NCBI GenBank assembly: GCA_032718475.1
Contig: JAUCBJ010000295.1
Span: forward strand, 27,981-91,980
DNA length: 64,000 nucleotides
Direction: 5' to 3'
Source of the DNA: Nemertoderma westbladi
Taxonomy: Eukaryota > Animalia > Xenacoelomorpha
The notes beneath the pieces are model-generated. The model saw only the letters and a list, made by a program, of their open reading frames with translations. It ran no database searches and was not told the DNA's origin. Of this stretch, positions 10,681-22,029 are shown piece after piece; position 1 is the first letter of the stretch, and every line of letters begins with the position of its first letter. The translations under genes and the position numbers were made by a program.

Positions 10681-11339
10681 CCTGGCTATACACGCCCGAC
10701 GTGTTTACGTTAATAGCACCCATATCGGATACAGAATTAATTTGTTCGTTTGAAACAAAATCATTTGAATTACTTTGCACGACTACACTATCTGAATTAC
10801 TTTGTAAATTCGGGCTTGGATCATTAATTAAATTATTTGAATTATTATTATTTTGATTATTTGGATTATTTTGAGTAGCTACATTAATATTAGGATTATT
10901 TTCTACATTAATATTAAGATTGTTCTGATTTAAATTTAAATTACTACCACTAGGCAAAGTATTTCCTGCAATAAAGGTTTGATTAGAGTTATCCCATACG
11001 GTACTATTAATATTAACCACGTCTACTGTATCATTATCATTGTTACCCCCCCCCCCCCCGCCCGTACGGTCACACCAGTTTTGGGTCTGCCGTGCGGTCC
11101 CTGTAAGTGGGGTATTAATAAATGTATCCACGGCCCCTGGCTCCCCTAGAATACTCGAGCCAGTCCCGCCCTCAGACGCCCCCGCCCGCACCAGTTGCAG
11201 CTTGTGCGCGCGTCTAACCCTATGTTCCCCAAGCTCACTTTGGCGTCTCTTTAATTCCTCATGGTCTCACTCGGCTCCTGCCATTCTCCTCTCACACTCC
11301 CGCGCGTCCCGCTCAGCCAATTCTACTACTTTCCTAGCA

Positions 11340-11580
11340 CTCTCCCTTCGCCTCGCTTCACGCTCCTTACGTTCACTTTCCTTTCTCGCCTCATGCTCCT
11401 TGCGTTCCGCCTCACGCTCTTTGCGTTCCTTTTCCTCCCTTGCCTCACGCTCCTTGCGTTCCCTTTCTTCCCTTGCCTCACGCTCCTTGCGTTCCCTTTC
11501 TTCTCTCGTCTCATGCTCCTTGCGTTCCGCCTCGCGCTCTTTGCGTTCCCTTTCCTCTCTCGCCTCACGTTCCCTACACT
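11340..11580 (-). repeat. E/R/K-rich coding repeat (EREAREERERK), charged helix or coiled coil
   Basis: Repeated cgctccttgcgttcc units and the translation of ORF 11267-12076. Confidence 0.8.
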
Positions 11581-12710
11581 TCTTTTCCTCTATTTCCTCA
11601 CACTCCCTAAGGCCTCTCAAAGCCCTTTCGGCCCTCTCTCCGGTTTCTCTAATCAATGCCGCTTCCCTCTCTAGCCGCATTCTCCCCTCCTCTAGCCGTT
11701 TATCCATTTCTCTCTGACCTTGCTCTATCAGCTCGAGACGGTACGCGGCACCTGCCTCTCTCACCAGTCTTTCTTTCGCGGAGGATGTAGCAGACTTATC
11801 GGTTACGACGGACTCCCTCCGCCTTCCCGATCTACTAACTTTCCCCCCTCTCCCGGAACTCCCTCCGACCGACGAGGCCGAATCCTCGGGGTTAACCTCG
11901 GATTCGCCCCCTTCAGGTCTGTTCCAACCCATTAATTTTATACCCCGGGCATCGATTAAATATGGCCCTATGTACACTACACTAGGTTGTATACCCCCAT
12001 GCCGCCATGAGTCATACAGTTCCTCGGCAACCTTTCTCGCTCTCTCCTCGGCCAATTCTCTCTGCCCGAAACGCATTAGATAGTATAAATGTCTGTCCGA
12101 CTTACCTAGCCCTGACTTCAGTTTTACCTCGTCTATCGTTTTCCCCTTTCTGGCCCTCCTCTAGTAGTCTCCGGGTCGCGTTGTAGGCCCGTCGAAGTCG
12201 CTCAGAAACCCCGACGTCCTCGTCGCCGACCCATCGTCCGTCTCTCCGGGTTCGACGTCGTACCTGCGGCCCCACCGTCGCCGTTTCGGCGGGCCGTCCG
12301 TCGCCCTCGGCCTGTGGCTGGCCGGCGACACCGGTGCGTCGACCCTCGTCCCGTGTCGACTCGTCTCCTTCTCCCTCGAGCCCGTTCTCTCTATCCTCCG
12401 ACTCGATTCCCCCTCCTCTCGACTCGGCTTCTGACTCCAGACGGTCTCCCTCATCTTGAACTTCCGGGTCGCCCGTTATCGATGGCTCCGGCGTCGTGGG
12501 CCTATACCGCCTGGTCGTGGCCTCGCGGATCGTTTGTTCTTCGTCCGGGGTCCACGTCGGTGTTATTTCCCCCGACTGACTCATCTTTCTTCTGCAGATT
12601 TGGTGGCTGGTGGTTACTGAGTTTGTCTAGGGCGGCAGCTGGTTTAGTTACTGTGACGGGATCCAAGAGGGATCCCGGTTTATCCGGTTTTAGTTCACGC
12701 GTCCCCGCCG

Positions 12711-13217
12711 TGTATAAAGGGTGAATGAGTTCGTGCTGTTTGTCGTATATAATATGATATGCAGATATAGATATGGATATAGATATGAGATAATATTGTC
12801 GTATACGGAAGGCGGGATACGGTAACTAAAGTCCCGGTCCTTCCCTAGCTAAACTATTGTAACCTAATCTAGCACCGGTATTGCACTGAGATAACTGAAC
12901 TGGTATGATTACTGCCAAGTGGCTATATTGCACGGTTGGCCTTGTTACTCTACCTAATCGATGCCTTTCCCCCCTCTGATTGGTTGATACCCTTGTTGGC
13001 GCCCTTTGGAGTGTTCCCGTTCACTCCACCTATTCTCTCTGGGTTAGGGGTTTGGCCCCTGACCCTCATTGTGTGCTTCTCCTTCCCATTCTTATTGGGA
13101 TGGCACGAGTTGGTTAATTACCCAATCTCGTGGCTCCCAATATTGCTTATCGGCTTATAACTTTATGGGGTGTTAGCGGGATTGAATAAGCTAACATTTA
13201 TCCACCTATTTTATACA
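12711..13217 (-). repeat. Putative 5' LTR of element 1 (~507 bp)
   Basis: Bounded by an 8-bp inverted repeat TGTATAAA...TTTATACA immediately upstream of gag; the partner LTR is not in the window. Confidence 0.65.
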
Positions 13218-14173
13218 TGTGTGCAAAACATCATTTAATAATTTGGATAAAATCCAGTCTCCTAAATAAGGGGATACAATTTTTTAGTTAATTAGTGACC
13301 CCCCCCCCCCCCCCCCCCCCCCTTAACTTATACTCGCCATATCTTATCATACAATATAATAAAACAAGATTAAGAGACTGATAACGGACAGTTGATAGAC
13401 GCATAGATTTCTAGTCATATTTGCAGTGATACGGATTTCAAATAAAAAAAGCACTGCAAATTTAATGTAGCCGTAGCCCTATAGGTTTTACTGCGACGGA
13501 CTGACAAACGGACAAACAATGGACAAATGGGACATTTCATATGACCGAAATACTGTAGTTGCATTGATATACAGTAGAAATTGGAGAGAAACAAAATCAA
13601 AATCCGATCCAAAACTGATATAAAACCCATAGCGATCTCATTTTGGAATACGACATTTACTGTAGTGGATAACTTGTACTGGAACCAGCTACAGTGCAGT
13701 ACTGTACAGAGATGCATCCTAGATGGTGAGAGCATACCATGACGCAAAATCCGAAATGCGATACATTTAACATCGTTGAACAAAATGAAGTTAACAAATT
13801 GAGCTCCAGCGCGCATGCCGCAATTTAAACAATGTGTCACGGTGCTCAAAAAACGCATAGGGGGGGCCTAATGTGTCAAAAACTAGGGAATGTATAGTTC
13901 GTTATAAACTGTGAATTTTATAACTACTGTACAGTAGGCCTATAAAAACGAAAATCGCTTAATGCTAATGCAATGATCTATGGCAACAAAGCACGTAGAT
14001 AATCAATAAATAATTATCTTATACCCTACAATTTGACGTCATGTTAACAAAATATTATGTAATTATCGTAACTGCAGGTTAGCTACAGTATAAAACAATT
14101 TGTTTAAGTAGGATGACTTTCTACAATTAATACATATCATTATTGTTACTGTACACGACTTCCATAACAAAAA

Positions 14174-14770
14174 ATGGCAGCCATTAATTACAAATGGAAA
14201 AATTTGCACAACAAATTTATCCCCCGCACTGGGAACGAGGAATACGGTTGGTTTTGGCGAGAAGAGCACCCATGGGATGTAGAAAGATTAGAGGATCGAA
14301 CGGCTATATCATTGTACAACTCTCGCGTCCGACAGTTCGACAGTAAGGGTTCGCTGCGTCAATCCGGGGTACAGCAATGTGACAAAAAAAGAAGCTAAAC
14401 AAATCGACAAGTTGGTTAAATTTGCTGATGATAAAACGGCCGGTCAAGAATCTCCGACCGCAATGGATAAACGTACCGGACTTCCGGGAAATCTGCCGCA
14501 CGCGCGAGATGATCCCGGTAGCGCAGACCCTTCCGGGGGGATGACTTTAGACGCTTCATCAGCGCGAAGGAGAATCGTAAGGTCCACTACACGCCGTTAA
14601 GCTACGCAACCGTCACGCTGCCACACCCACCGCCCAAACCGTTGTGTAGGTGCGAGGTGCCACGAATGTGTGTGTGGTGCACCTCCACGCGGTACGAAAT
14701 GGAACGCAACGCCAAGAAGCCAAGAGAGACTCTCGCGGAAAATTGTTTAAGTTACAAATATACAAGATGA
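14174..14770 (+). pseudogene. Possible decayed intronless ORF of unknown function (~195 codons over two frameshifts)
   Basis: GC-richer island; overlapping ORFs 14174-14398 and 14379-14600 plus a third frame ending LCRCEVPRMCVWC...YTR*. Confidence 0.25.
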
Positions 14771-15291
14771 CCAAAACTATTCAAAAATATATATAATATT
14801 ATAATATTTATAAAGTAAAACTTTACTGATTCTGCTAATATATTGGCATGAGGGCCTACTGTGCCTTGTTAATGTAGGGCCTACTTACCACACACCTATT
14901 TTCCCCTAATACTCCCCTAATACAACAACCATTTTAAGCAATAAGCAAGCTAATTGTTGCATTACGGCTAATCTATTGTCTTGGTTTTACATAGGGAATC
15001 ATTATCAATATTATTCTATGGTGTTTACGTGCAGATGAGAAGGTTCGACAATTTTTATGTAATAATGTTTTACAGCATGGGAGTATCCAGGGGGGGGGGG
15101 GGGGGGGGGGGGGATTTAACTAAAAAAACTTAATTTATTAATTACTGTAATATTATTGCTGTATTGAGTAACGGTCCCACAGTACACAGTTTGTGGAATT
15201 TACTGCAGTAAGTTCTATAGAGGTCTTTAAATACCACAGTTTAAATAAATTAGTTATTACCGACAGCCGTTTCACCCTCACGGGCTTCTTC

Positions 15292-15402
15292 AGGGGTAAT
15301 CCTATATGTTATGTTGGACAATACCTTTATACCGGTACATTGTTTGGTGTATTTTGTTATTGTTTTTACATAATGTATAAATAAATCTTTATCTATCTAT
15401 AT
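15292..15402 (+). mobile_element. 3' terminal fragment of the L2/Crack-type LINE also found at 49478-50262
   Basis: Near-identical to 50159-50260 (gggtaatcctatatgttatgttggacaatacc...aataaatct). Confidence 0.8.
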
Positions 15403-15555
15403 TGAATCGAAAATGATATTGCCTATTGGAATTCCAGAAGGTGTTGCTGAGGCTCCCATCAATATCACCATTCGAATCAATTGTGTGTGTCATTCAATAC
15501 AATCGTGCAGCTCTAAGCGTTGCAGCTGCTCTTCTGCAACCACAATCGCACAATG

Positions 15556-16030
15556 ATGGATATGAGTGATAAACTAATAGATACAGTCGATCTAGATAGT
15601 AACAGCGATGGATATGAGTGATAAACTAATAAATACAGTCGATCTAGATAGTAACAGCGATGGATATGAGTGATAAACTAATAGATACAGTCGATCTAGA
15701 TAGTAACAGCGATGGATATGAGTGATAAACTAATAGCTGATACAGTCGATCTAGATAGTAACAGCGATGGATATGAGTGATAAACTAATAGATACAGTCG
15801 ATCTAGATAGTAACAGCGATGGATATGAGTGATAAACTAATAGATACAGTCGATCTAGATAGTAACAGCGATGGATATGAGTGATAAACTAATAGATACA
15901 GTCGATCTAGATAGTAACAGCGATGGATATGAGTGATAAACTAATAGATACAGTCGATCTAGATAGTAACAGCGATGGATATGAGTGATAAACTAATAGA
16001 TACAGTCGATCTAGATAGTAACAGCGATGA
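15556..16030. repeat. 52-bp minisatellite, ~9 copies
   Basis: Unit gatggatatgagtgataaactaatagatacagtcgatctagatagtaacagc. Confidence 0.95.
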
Positions 16031-16449
16031 TTCAGAAATTGAGTGAAACGATATTTACTAAAAAATAGATTACTTAATTTTTCCACACCTATGAAGTACA
16101 ATCAGGGCTGGATTTAGAATGGTGGGTGGCCTAGGGCCGGGTCAGTGGTTGGGGGGCCTGGGCTCTACTGTATGGGGTTTGCACAAACGGCGCCGAGCAC
16201 TTCTCACAGACTAAAGTATACTATACTGAAAGACACATTTTCTCTCGTTTTCATTACCCTAAATTTTCAATCAATTTATCGCAAATACCTATCAAAGAAA
16301 CCAGAATGCAGTTGTAAATGTATTAGTAGGGATGTGAGGCAGGAAATATTTGGAAATTTCATATATTTTTTTTTTCCGGAAATTTCCTATTTTATTAATT
16401 ATTTTATTTAGCACATACTGAAAACATAAAGTACGGTACAGTATAACAC

Positions 16450-17780
16450 AAGTATAGTAAACAATAGAAACCTGCTTAGATGTGTTTAGGTGGTTCGTTC
16501 TCTTGGCTCTTGTGGTCGTAACTACGGATGGAGCCAATAATATGTCATGAAGACCAAATATGCTTTTGTCGAAAATACCTTTTTGGCTCCTGGACTAATA
16601 CATGAGCCACTTATTCGTTGTCGCCTGAATATAATTAAAGACCTTATTTTTAGCTATGATCTCAAACTTTCTCTTAAATGGATAGTGATAAGAATAAAGC
16701 AGATATCCTTAACCGTCTTCCAAAGTCATGGTTAAATAAACCTCAGCTTTGGAATAATAATGATGATAATGACAATACTGAGGATATTATTGCTTGTGCA
16801 ATAGATGCTGATGGAATTTCCAATAATGTGTCAATACCTGATGATAATGATAACAATAGTGTTGAAGAAATTGAATATGCACCAAGTTACGGACTATCTT
16901 TACAGGACATTGCTGATGCCCAATTGATGTGATGAAAATATATAATTATATTTGTAACCACATGTCCACACAGTGTATGGACATGCTAATTGACAGACTA
17001 TGTGGCATATCATTATAGAATGTCATTATTTTTGTAATATGGCTACTTCTTGTCAAGGGTTTGTAAATGATTGTATCAGTTGCGTTGCAGCTCGTACAGC
17101 TAATGCCTCATTCTTGTGTCCCAAGTACTCAAACTGATTTCCAATGGTTCTTGGAATGTTGTTTTTTATGAACACTTTAGCTATATCTGGCAGCGCTACT
17201 TGTATTGGATTACTTATATTATTTGACTGTTTTACGAAATGGATGGAAATTCGTCGTTTAGTGAATTATAAGGCAATTTCCACTGCAAATGCCTTTATAG
17301 ACATAATATGCTATAATTGGGGAACACCTTCATTTATTCGTTCAGATACTGGTCGAGAACTTATGAATTCATTAGCTTAATGCTGTATATGAAAAGTTCG
17401 GTGATAAACCTCAATGGGGCGCAACCAGACACCCACAAAGTCAAGGCTCAGTTGAAAGATTCCATAGAACTTTATTGACGATGATTAGAAAAACAGTTAC
17501 TGAAGCAGATGACTGGGAAACATCACTCAATGCAATGCTTTTTTCATACCGTATGAGTCCTACTTCCACTTCTATTTCACCAATGTTAGCTATGTGTGGA
17601 TGGGAGCCTAAGCATGGATTTAATGTTGGCGGCATGTTAATATAGATTCCTGGATTTCCCGTCAGGACCATCAGCGTGCTGAACTAAATGATTACATTGA
17701 AGAAGAATTATCCAAACTTGACAATATTGATGCACTCACAACTCTACCTACCAAGTGATCGCAAATTTGTTATTTTCAAC
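16450..17780 (+). pseudogene. Degenerate Ty3/Gypsy pol fragment (RNase H end and integrase core)
   Basis: NKADILNRLP; DCFTKWME...WGTPSFIRSDTGRELMN; HPQSQGSVERFHRTLLTMIRK...DDWE...LFSYR, with stops and frameshifts. Confidence 0.85.
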
Positions 17781-17865
17781 AATTTGGTGCTGACGCAAAA
17801 ATTGTCACCCATTGTCGAAAATTACAAGTTTCAAAATTATTATGCAATTTTTACATATTCTATAA

Positions 17866-18872
17866 TAGTTATTCTTTGAGGCATGGTTGCCATTTCTGGC
17901 AGAGCACGGGAATAACGAAGTTGTACTTTCCTTTGAGTGATTAGTTGGCCTGAATATGATCTCCCACTCTATAGTGAAATATTCATACGGTCTGGTAGCT
18001 CAGTACACTCACCCGGCTGATGATAACCAGAAGTTTGAAACCTAGGTACCGGGTTCGAGCCCCAATAGGGCCGGTTGATATTTTTCGCTATGGAGAGCAT
18101 TATCATATTGTCTTATTTATTGTATATTTAATACACCGCGTCACTCACCCCACAGCAATTCACTTATTATTATTAATTAATAGCCTGGGCCAGGCATACG
18201 GGGTTACAGTGGTTTCTACAACACTGTAGGGTAGTTATTCTTTGAGGCATGGTTGCCATTTCTGGCAGAGCACGGGAATAACGAAGTTGTACTTTCCTTT
18301 GAGTGATTAGTTGGCCTAAATATGATCTCCCACTCCATAGTGAAATATTCATCCGGTCTGGTAGCTCAGTACACTCACCCGGCTGATGATAACCAGCAGT
18401 TTGAAACATAGGTAGCGGGTTCGAGCCCCAATAGGGCCGGTTGATAGTTTTCGCTATGGACAGCATTATCATATTGTCTTATTTACATTGTATGTTTAAT
18501 ACACCGCGTCACTCACCCCACAACAATTCACTTTTTATTATTAATTAACAACCTTGGCCAAGCATACGGGGTTACAGTGGTTTCTACAACACTGTATAAT
18601 AGTTATTCTTTGAGGCATGGTTGCCATTTCTGGCAGAGCACGGGAATAACGAAGTTGTACTTTCCTTTGAGTGATTAGTTGGCCTAAATATGATCTCCCA
18701 CTCAATAGTGAAATATCCATACGGTCTGGTAGCTCAGTACACTCACCCGGCTGATGATAACCAGAAGTTTGAACCCTAGGTACCGGGTTCGAGCCCCAAT
18801 AGGGCCGGTTGAAATTTTTCGCTATGGAGGGCATTTTCTCATCATATTGTCTTTTTTACATTGTATATTTAA
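17866..18872 (+). repeat. Tandem triplication of a ~367-bp unit, each with a tRNA-like core
   Basis: tagttattctttgaggcatgg starts at 17866, 18232 and 18600. Confidence 0.92.
17989..18072 (+). ncRNA. tRNA-derived (Ile-like) pseudogene or SINE head; further copies at 18355-18438 and 18723-18806
   Basis: GGTCTGGTAGCTCAGT (A box) ... TGATAACC ... CGGGTTCGAGCCCC (B box) ... AGGGCC; D and anticodon arms are irregular. Confidence 0.6.
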
Positions 18873-19143
18873 AGCTAAAATGGACCCTCCACCTAATATA
18901 TATACATTGTCAACCCAATCTACGTGAGTGATAGAGGTGAATTCAGTGCATTGCAAGGCCAATCAGCTATTGGCTAGTTTATTATCTGATTGGGCTTAAG
19001 CAATGCTCTTAATCTCTTGGTGAAAGCGATGTAGGCCTATAATAAATGATTGCAGATTGGAATCGGGTTTTGAGAGAGAGGGCTGTTGCGCTGTCAGTCA
19101 GAGAGGTAACAGCCCGTGGGGTAAGGATTTACCTCTGGGACCT

Positions 19144-20344
19144 TGTACGCGCTTTTGAAGACCTTTAGCAGTTTAACCTGCCAAAATTTATATGTCTTTG
19201 GTTTATGTTCAGACTTTAGAAGATGACAAATATTTAATGCCAATAAACACAACATTAGCCGAAGCCAGCCTAGTGCGCGTCCATTCACCCGCTGGATATT
19301 CCCGGGAGACTGGGTTCGGATGGGGCTTAGTTTTTGTTATTGCAGTGAAGCCTACTGTATTATTCGATTGATCGTTAATAAATAATTTCTGACAAATATT
19401 ATTCACTTTCGGGAAATATTAACAGTTCCTTTAGGACGTGGCGCTCTACCTAAGTAAACAGAGTTATGACTTATACTACACGCAACGGTAAGGCTTATAA
19501 TTCACGTATAAGGCGCATTCTTTAGGAAATGCTTTGTTATCGGTCACAATCATGCACACTACCGGTACCGCACAATACTGCACACTAATCTGCCGACCGT
19601 CAATGAATTTGATCACACATAAAGAGAACAGCAATTGACCTATGTAGTGTCTATCAAATAGCATTAGGTTCACTACAAACCACGATAACATAAGTCGCAA
19701 TTGTTATATATATAGCCTGTCTCTCTAACCTGTAGTGTATCAAGAAAATTGGGAAATTTGGGTTCTTTATAGATGTTCTCCAAATAATAATATTCAACCA
19801 ACTGATAAACACAACAGTAAATAGCATTAAGACGGTAGGTTAAGATATAATATGATTAGACTGTATGCTGATTGGGTCGATAACAGTTATACGTTCTATA
19901 ATCTAAGCCTACTAATGTTTTACTAAAAGTCTGAAACAAGTCATTCCAAAAGCCGACGTTCTGGCGTAGGAGGAATAACAACACACACTGTCCTCTGTCC
20001 CTGTTGCAGGTATCTTTTACACAGAGAGGAATAGCTCTCATTGGCAGAACACCAGAATCCACAGGTTCCACGAATGTCTAAATGCCGAACTATCAGGATT
20101 TTGGCATCCCTTGGCCAGCACACAAAATGAGTCACTCCGCTCGGTTGTCCTGGTTGCATACTCTGCTGCTATAGCTCTGGTTGGCCGATAGAACATAGCA
20201 AAGAGCCCCTCGTACAGCAAATCAGCCAATCAGCCGGTCACTTGTATCATTCGAGTTAGTGAGCCTTTTAGAGTATTCCAGCGCCTGGGGGGAAACTGGA
20301 TTGCAAAGCAAAAGGGCCAGTTATATCCCACAGAAGCTTTTACA
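19144..20344 (-). repeat. 3' LTR of element 2
   Basis: Direct repeat of 30115-31315 (offset 10971), preceded on the minus strand by PPT-like GGGAGCGG. Confidence 0.95.
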
Positions 20345-20749
20345 CCGCTCCCAGAAAATGGGATTTAAGTCTATAAAATATACAAAATCACAGTTTCTAA
20401 TATACGTAAATACTCTAAACAGTTAGTCTTTCTTGCGCGGACGGCGTTTACGCAGTTTTTTAAAGATAGCCAGAGTCTTTTTCTCTTTGGGGCGAGCCAC
20501 TTTACAAGGAGGGCTATAACTCCTGGGTGAAGGGTGCAATATGATTGCATCAGAGGGTGTAGGATTATGGTCGGTATATCCGCCGGTCGAAGTGCCGGGT
20601 TGATTGACATCGACGTCGGGGGAGAGGGGTCTAACGGCCTTTAGAGCGCGTTTTAGGACGGCCGCTCTTACGGGTCCTTTACGAGTGGTCTGAACGAGAG
20701 CCGTGGGTGGACCATAGGCAGTCAGAAACTTCCTGGGTTTAATGGTTCT

Positions 20750-22029
20750 TTCCTACTCGCGTTCGCGGGCTCGGTATTCGTAAGGCCTTCGATATACTTC
20801 CTGTAACTCGGGGTGTGAGTTAACAAATAAGTCTCCATAGTCCGGATCCTGACGGATAAAATTGATTAAGTTATAGGAGTGAATGTCGCTAGGATTAATA
20901 CTCCTGAGAAATTGCGTACAAACTTGGTTGAAATACATTCTCCGACGCGCTTCAGTAGTTCGTAACTCGATATGCGTGATTTCTGTTTGACAGAAGCGAA
21001 TAGATAAGGATGGAACGCATAAACTCCTTCGTAAGCGCGTCCAGGATAATAGCGATGGCGCGAATCACAATGTAAATCAGCGTTCGCTTCTCAAGCTCTG
21101 ATGTAACGTAGTGTAATCATTTCATCTACGCTTTCCAAATCGTGATTAAAAGGGCAATCGAAACTGGCGTGTCCCTTTAGTTGACAATGGTGACATTGAG
21201 TCATAAATTGAGGGCAAACCGCAAAAATGTGCAAGTTATTGAGTCTGCAATATGCACAATAAATTTCCATCGCCGGTTGTTCGTGGAAATAGGAACAGCG
21301 GACGTTTGTGTCCTTCAGCTTGTTGGCTGGGTCTAGGGCATTCGACACAATAATACCAAAGACGTACGTCCTGTAGAGGAAACGCGGGTGATCGTTCTCC
21401 AGTTTTGCAATATTCTTCCATTTGTTCAAAACTATCTGGGATAACAGGTAGTGGACGATCGGCGGTAAGATACATCATAGTGAAATAGAGCCGTTTGAGT
21501 TCTACCATGGGGTCATGATGTATACCTTGAGGATATCGAGTCTCGAGGTTCTGCTGACTGGCGATGTTGAGATAGGTTTCTCTCAAAAATTCCAGGTAGT
21601 CGTTGAAGTCGCTGCGTTTATCTGGTTCTTCAACTTTTTTTTTTTTTTTTTTTTTCTTTCCAGTCTGTTACGAATAGAATTTTCGTGTTCTATTCTCGGT
21701 TTATCGTTACGACTCCGCTGGCTATGATATTTAAATAGAACCATTTCCCTTTCGGTGTCTACATCGTCCGTATCATGTAAATCGATAGGATGGCCGGTAG
21801 TTAAGAAGTCCATATACGTACCGTTACGATGCGTATAGCGAGCTGTGAATTTTCGATAGTCCAATTCACGCGTAAGTTGCTCTTGGGACATCGGCGGTTC
21901 GATATAACGACCATCGTCCTCCGTAACGGTTGGTTCGGCTTCACCGCGTATCAAGCTATCCACAAATGCTTGCAAAGGTAGAGTATATCGCTCCCTGATA
22001 CCAAGATCATCTTCTATCAACTCCGTCAT
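20750..22029 (-). pseudogene. Decayed accessory zinc-knuckle ORF of element 2
   Basis: ORFs 21583-22029, 21236-21586 and 21091-21429 are linked by frameshifts; CAYCRLNNLHIFAVCPQFMTQCHHCQLKGHASFDC; the frame continues past TGA 21091 as EANADLHCDSRHR. Confidence 0.7.

Larger units (their letters stand above)
8995..12584 (-). pseudogene. Very long low-complexity N-terminal Gag extension of element 1, broken by frameshifts and one stop
   Basis: ORFs 12102-12584, 11267-12076, 10169-11191 and 8995-10092 are contiguous. 11267-12076 and 10169-11191 share a frame across one TGA; the other junctions are frameshifts, two at homopolymer runs. Confidence 0.7.
1..13217 (-). mobile_element. BEL/Pao LTR retrotransposon (element 1) with disrupted gag-pol and a 3' accessory ORF; 3' LTR lies just outside the window
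   Basis: Gag-PR-RT-RH-IN order with Pao-type motifs, putative 5' LTR at 12711-13217 and a PPT at the left window edge. Confidence 0.92.

Noticed and set aside
711-11269. Programmed readthrough, selenocysteine or an alternative genetic code explaining the in-frame stops
   Set aside because: The stops are of mixed type (TGA and TAG) and co-occur with frameshifts inside RNase H and Gag, which fits post-insertion decay or sequencing error
4128-11935. Numerous plus-strand ORFs of 60-240 aa
   Set aside because: Antisense shadows of the gag-pol frame with no recognisable domains
12060-12105. Small intron joining ORFs 12102-12584 and 11267-12076
   Set aside because: The CAG acceptor is out of phase and the second frame is already open upstream (KTIDEVKLKSGLGKSDRHLYYL), so a 1-nt indel near 12140 is the simpler explanation
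17989-18072. Functional tRNA gene
   Set aside because: The D-loop GG is missing and the anticodon arm does not form a canonical 5-bp stem with a 7-nt loop
19094-20229. Short duplicated ORFs also seen at 30008-31200, and at 36086/46586
   Set aside because: They lie within LTRs; their duplication reflects LTR identity, not coding conservation
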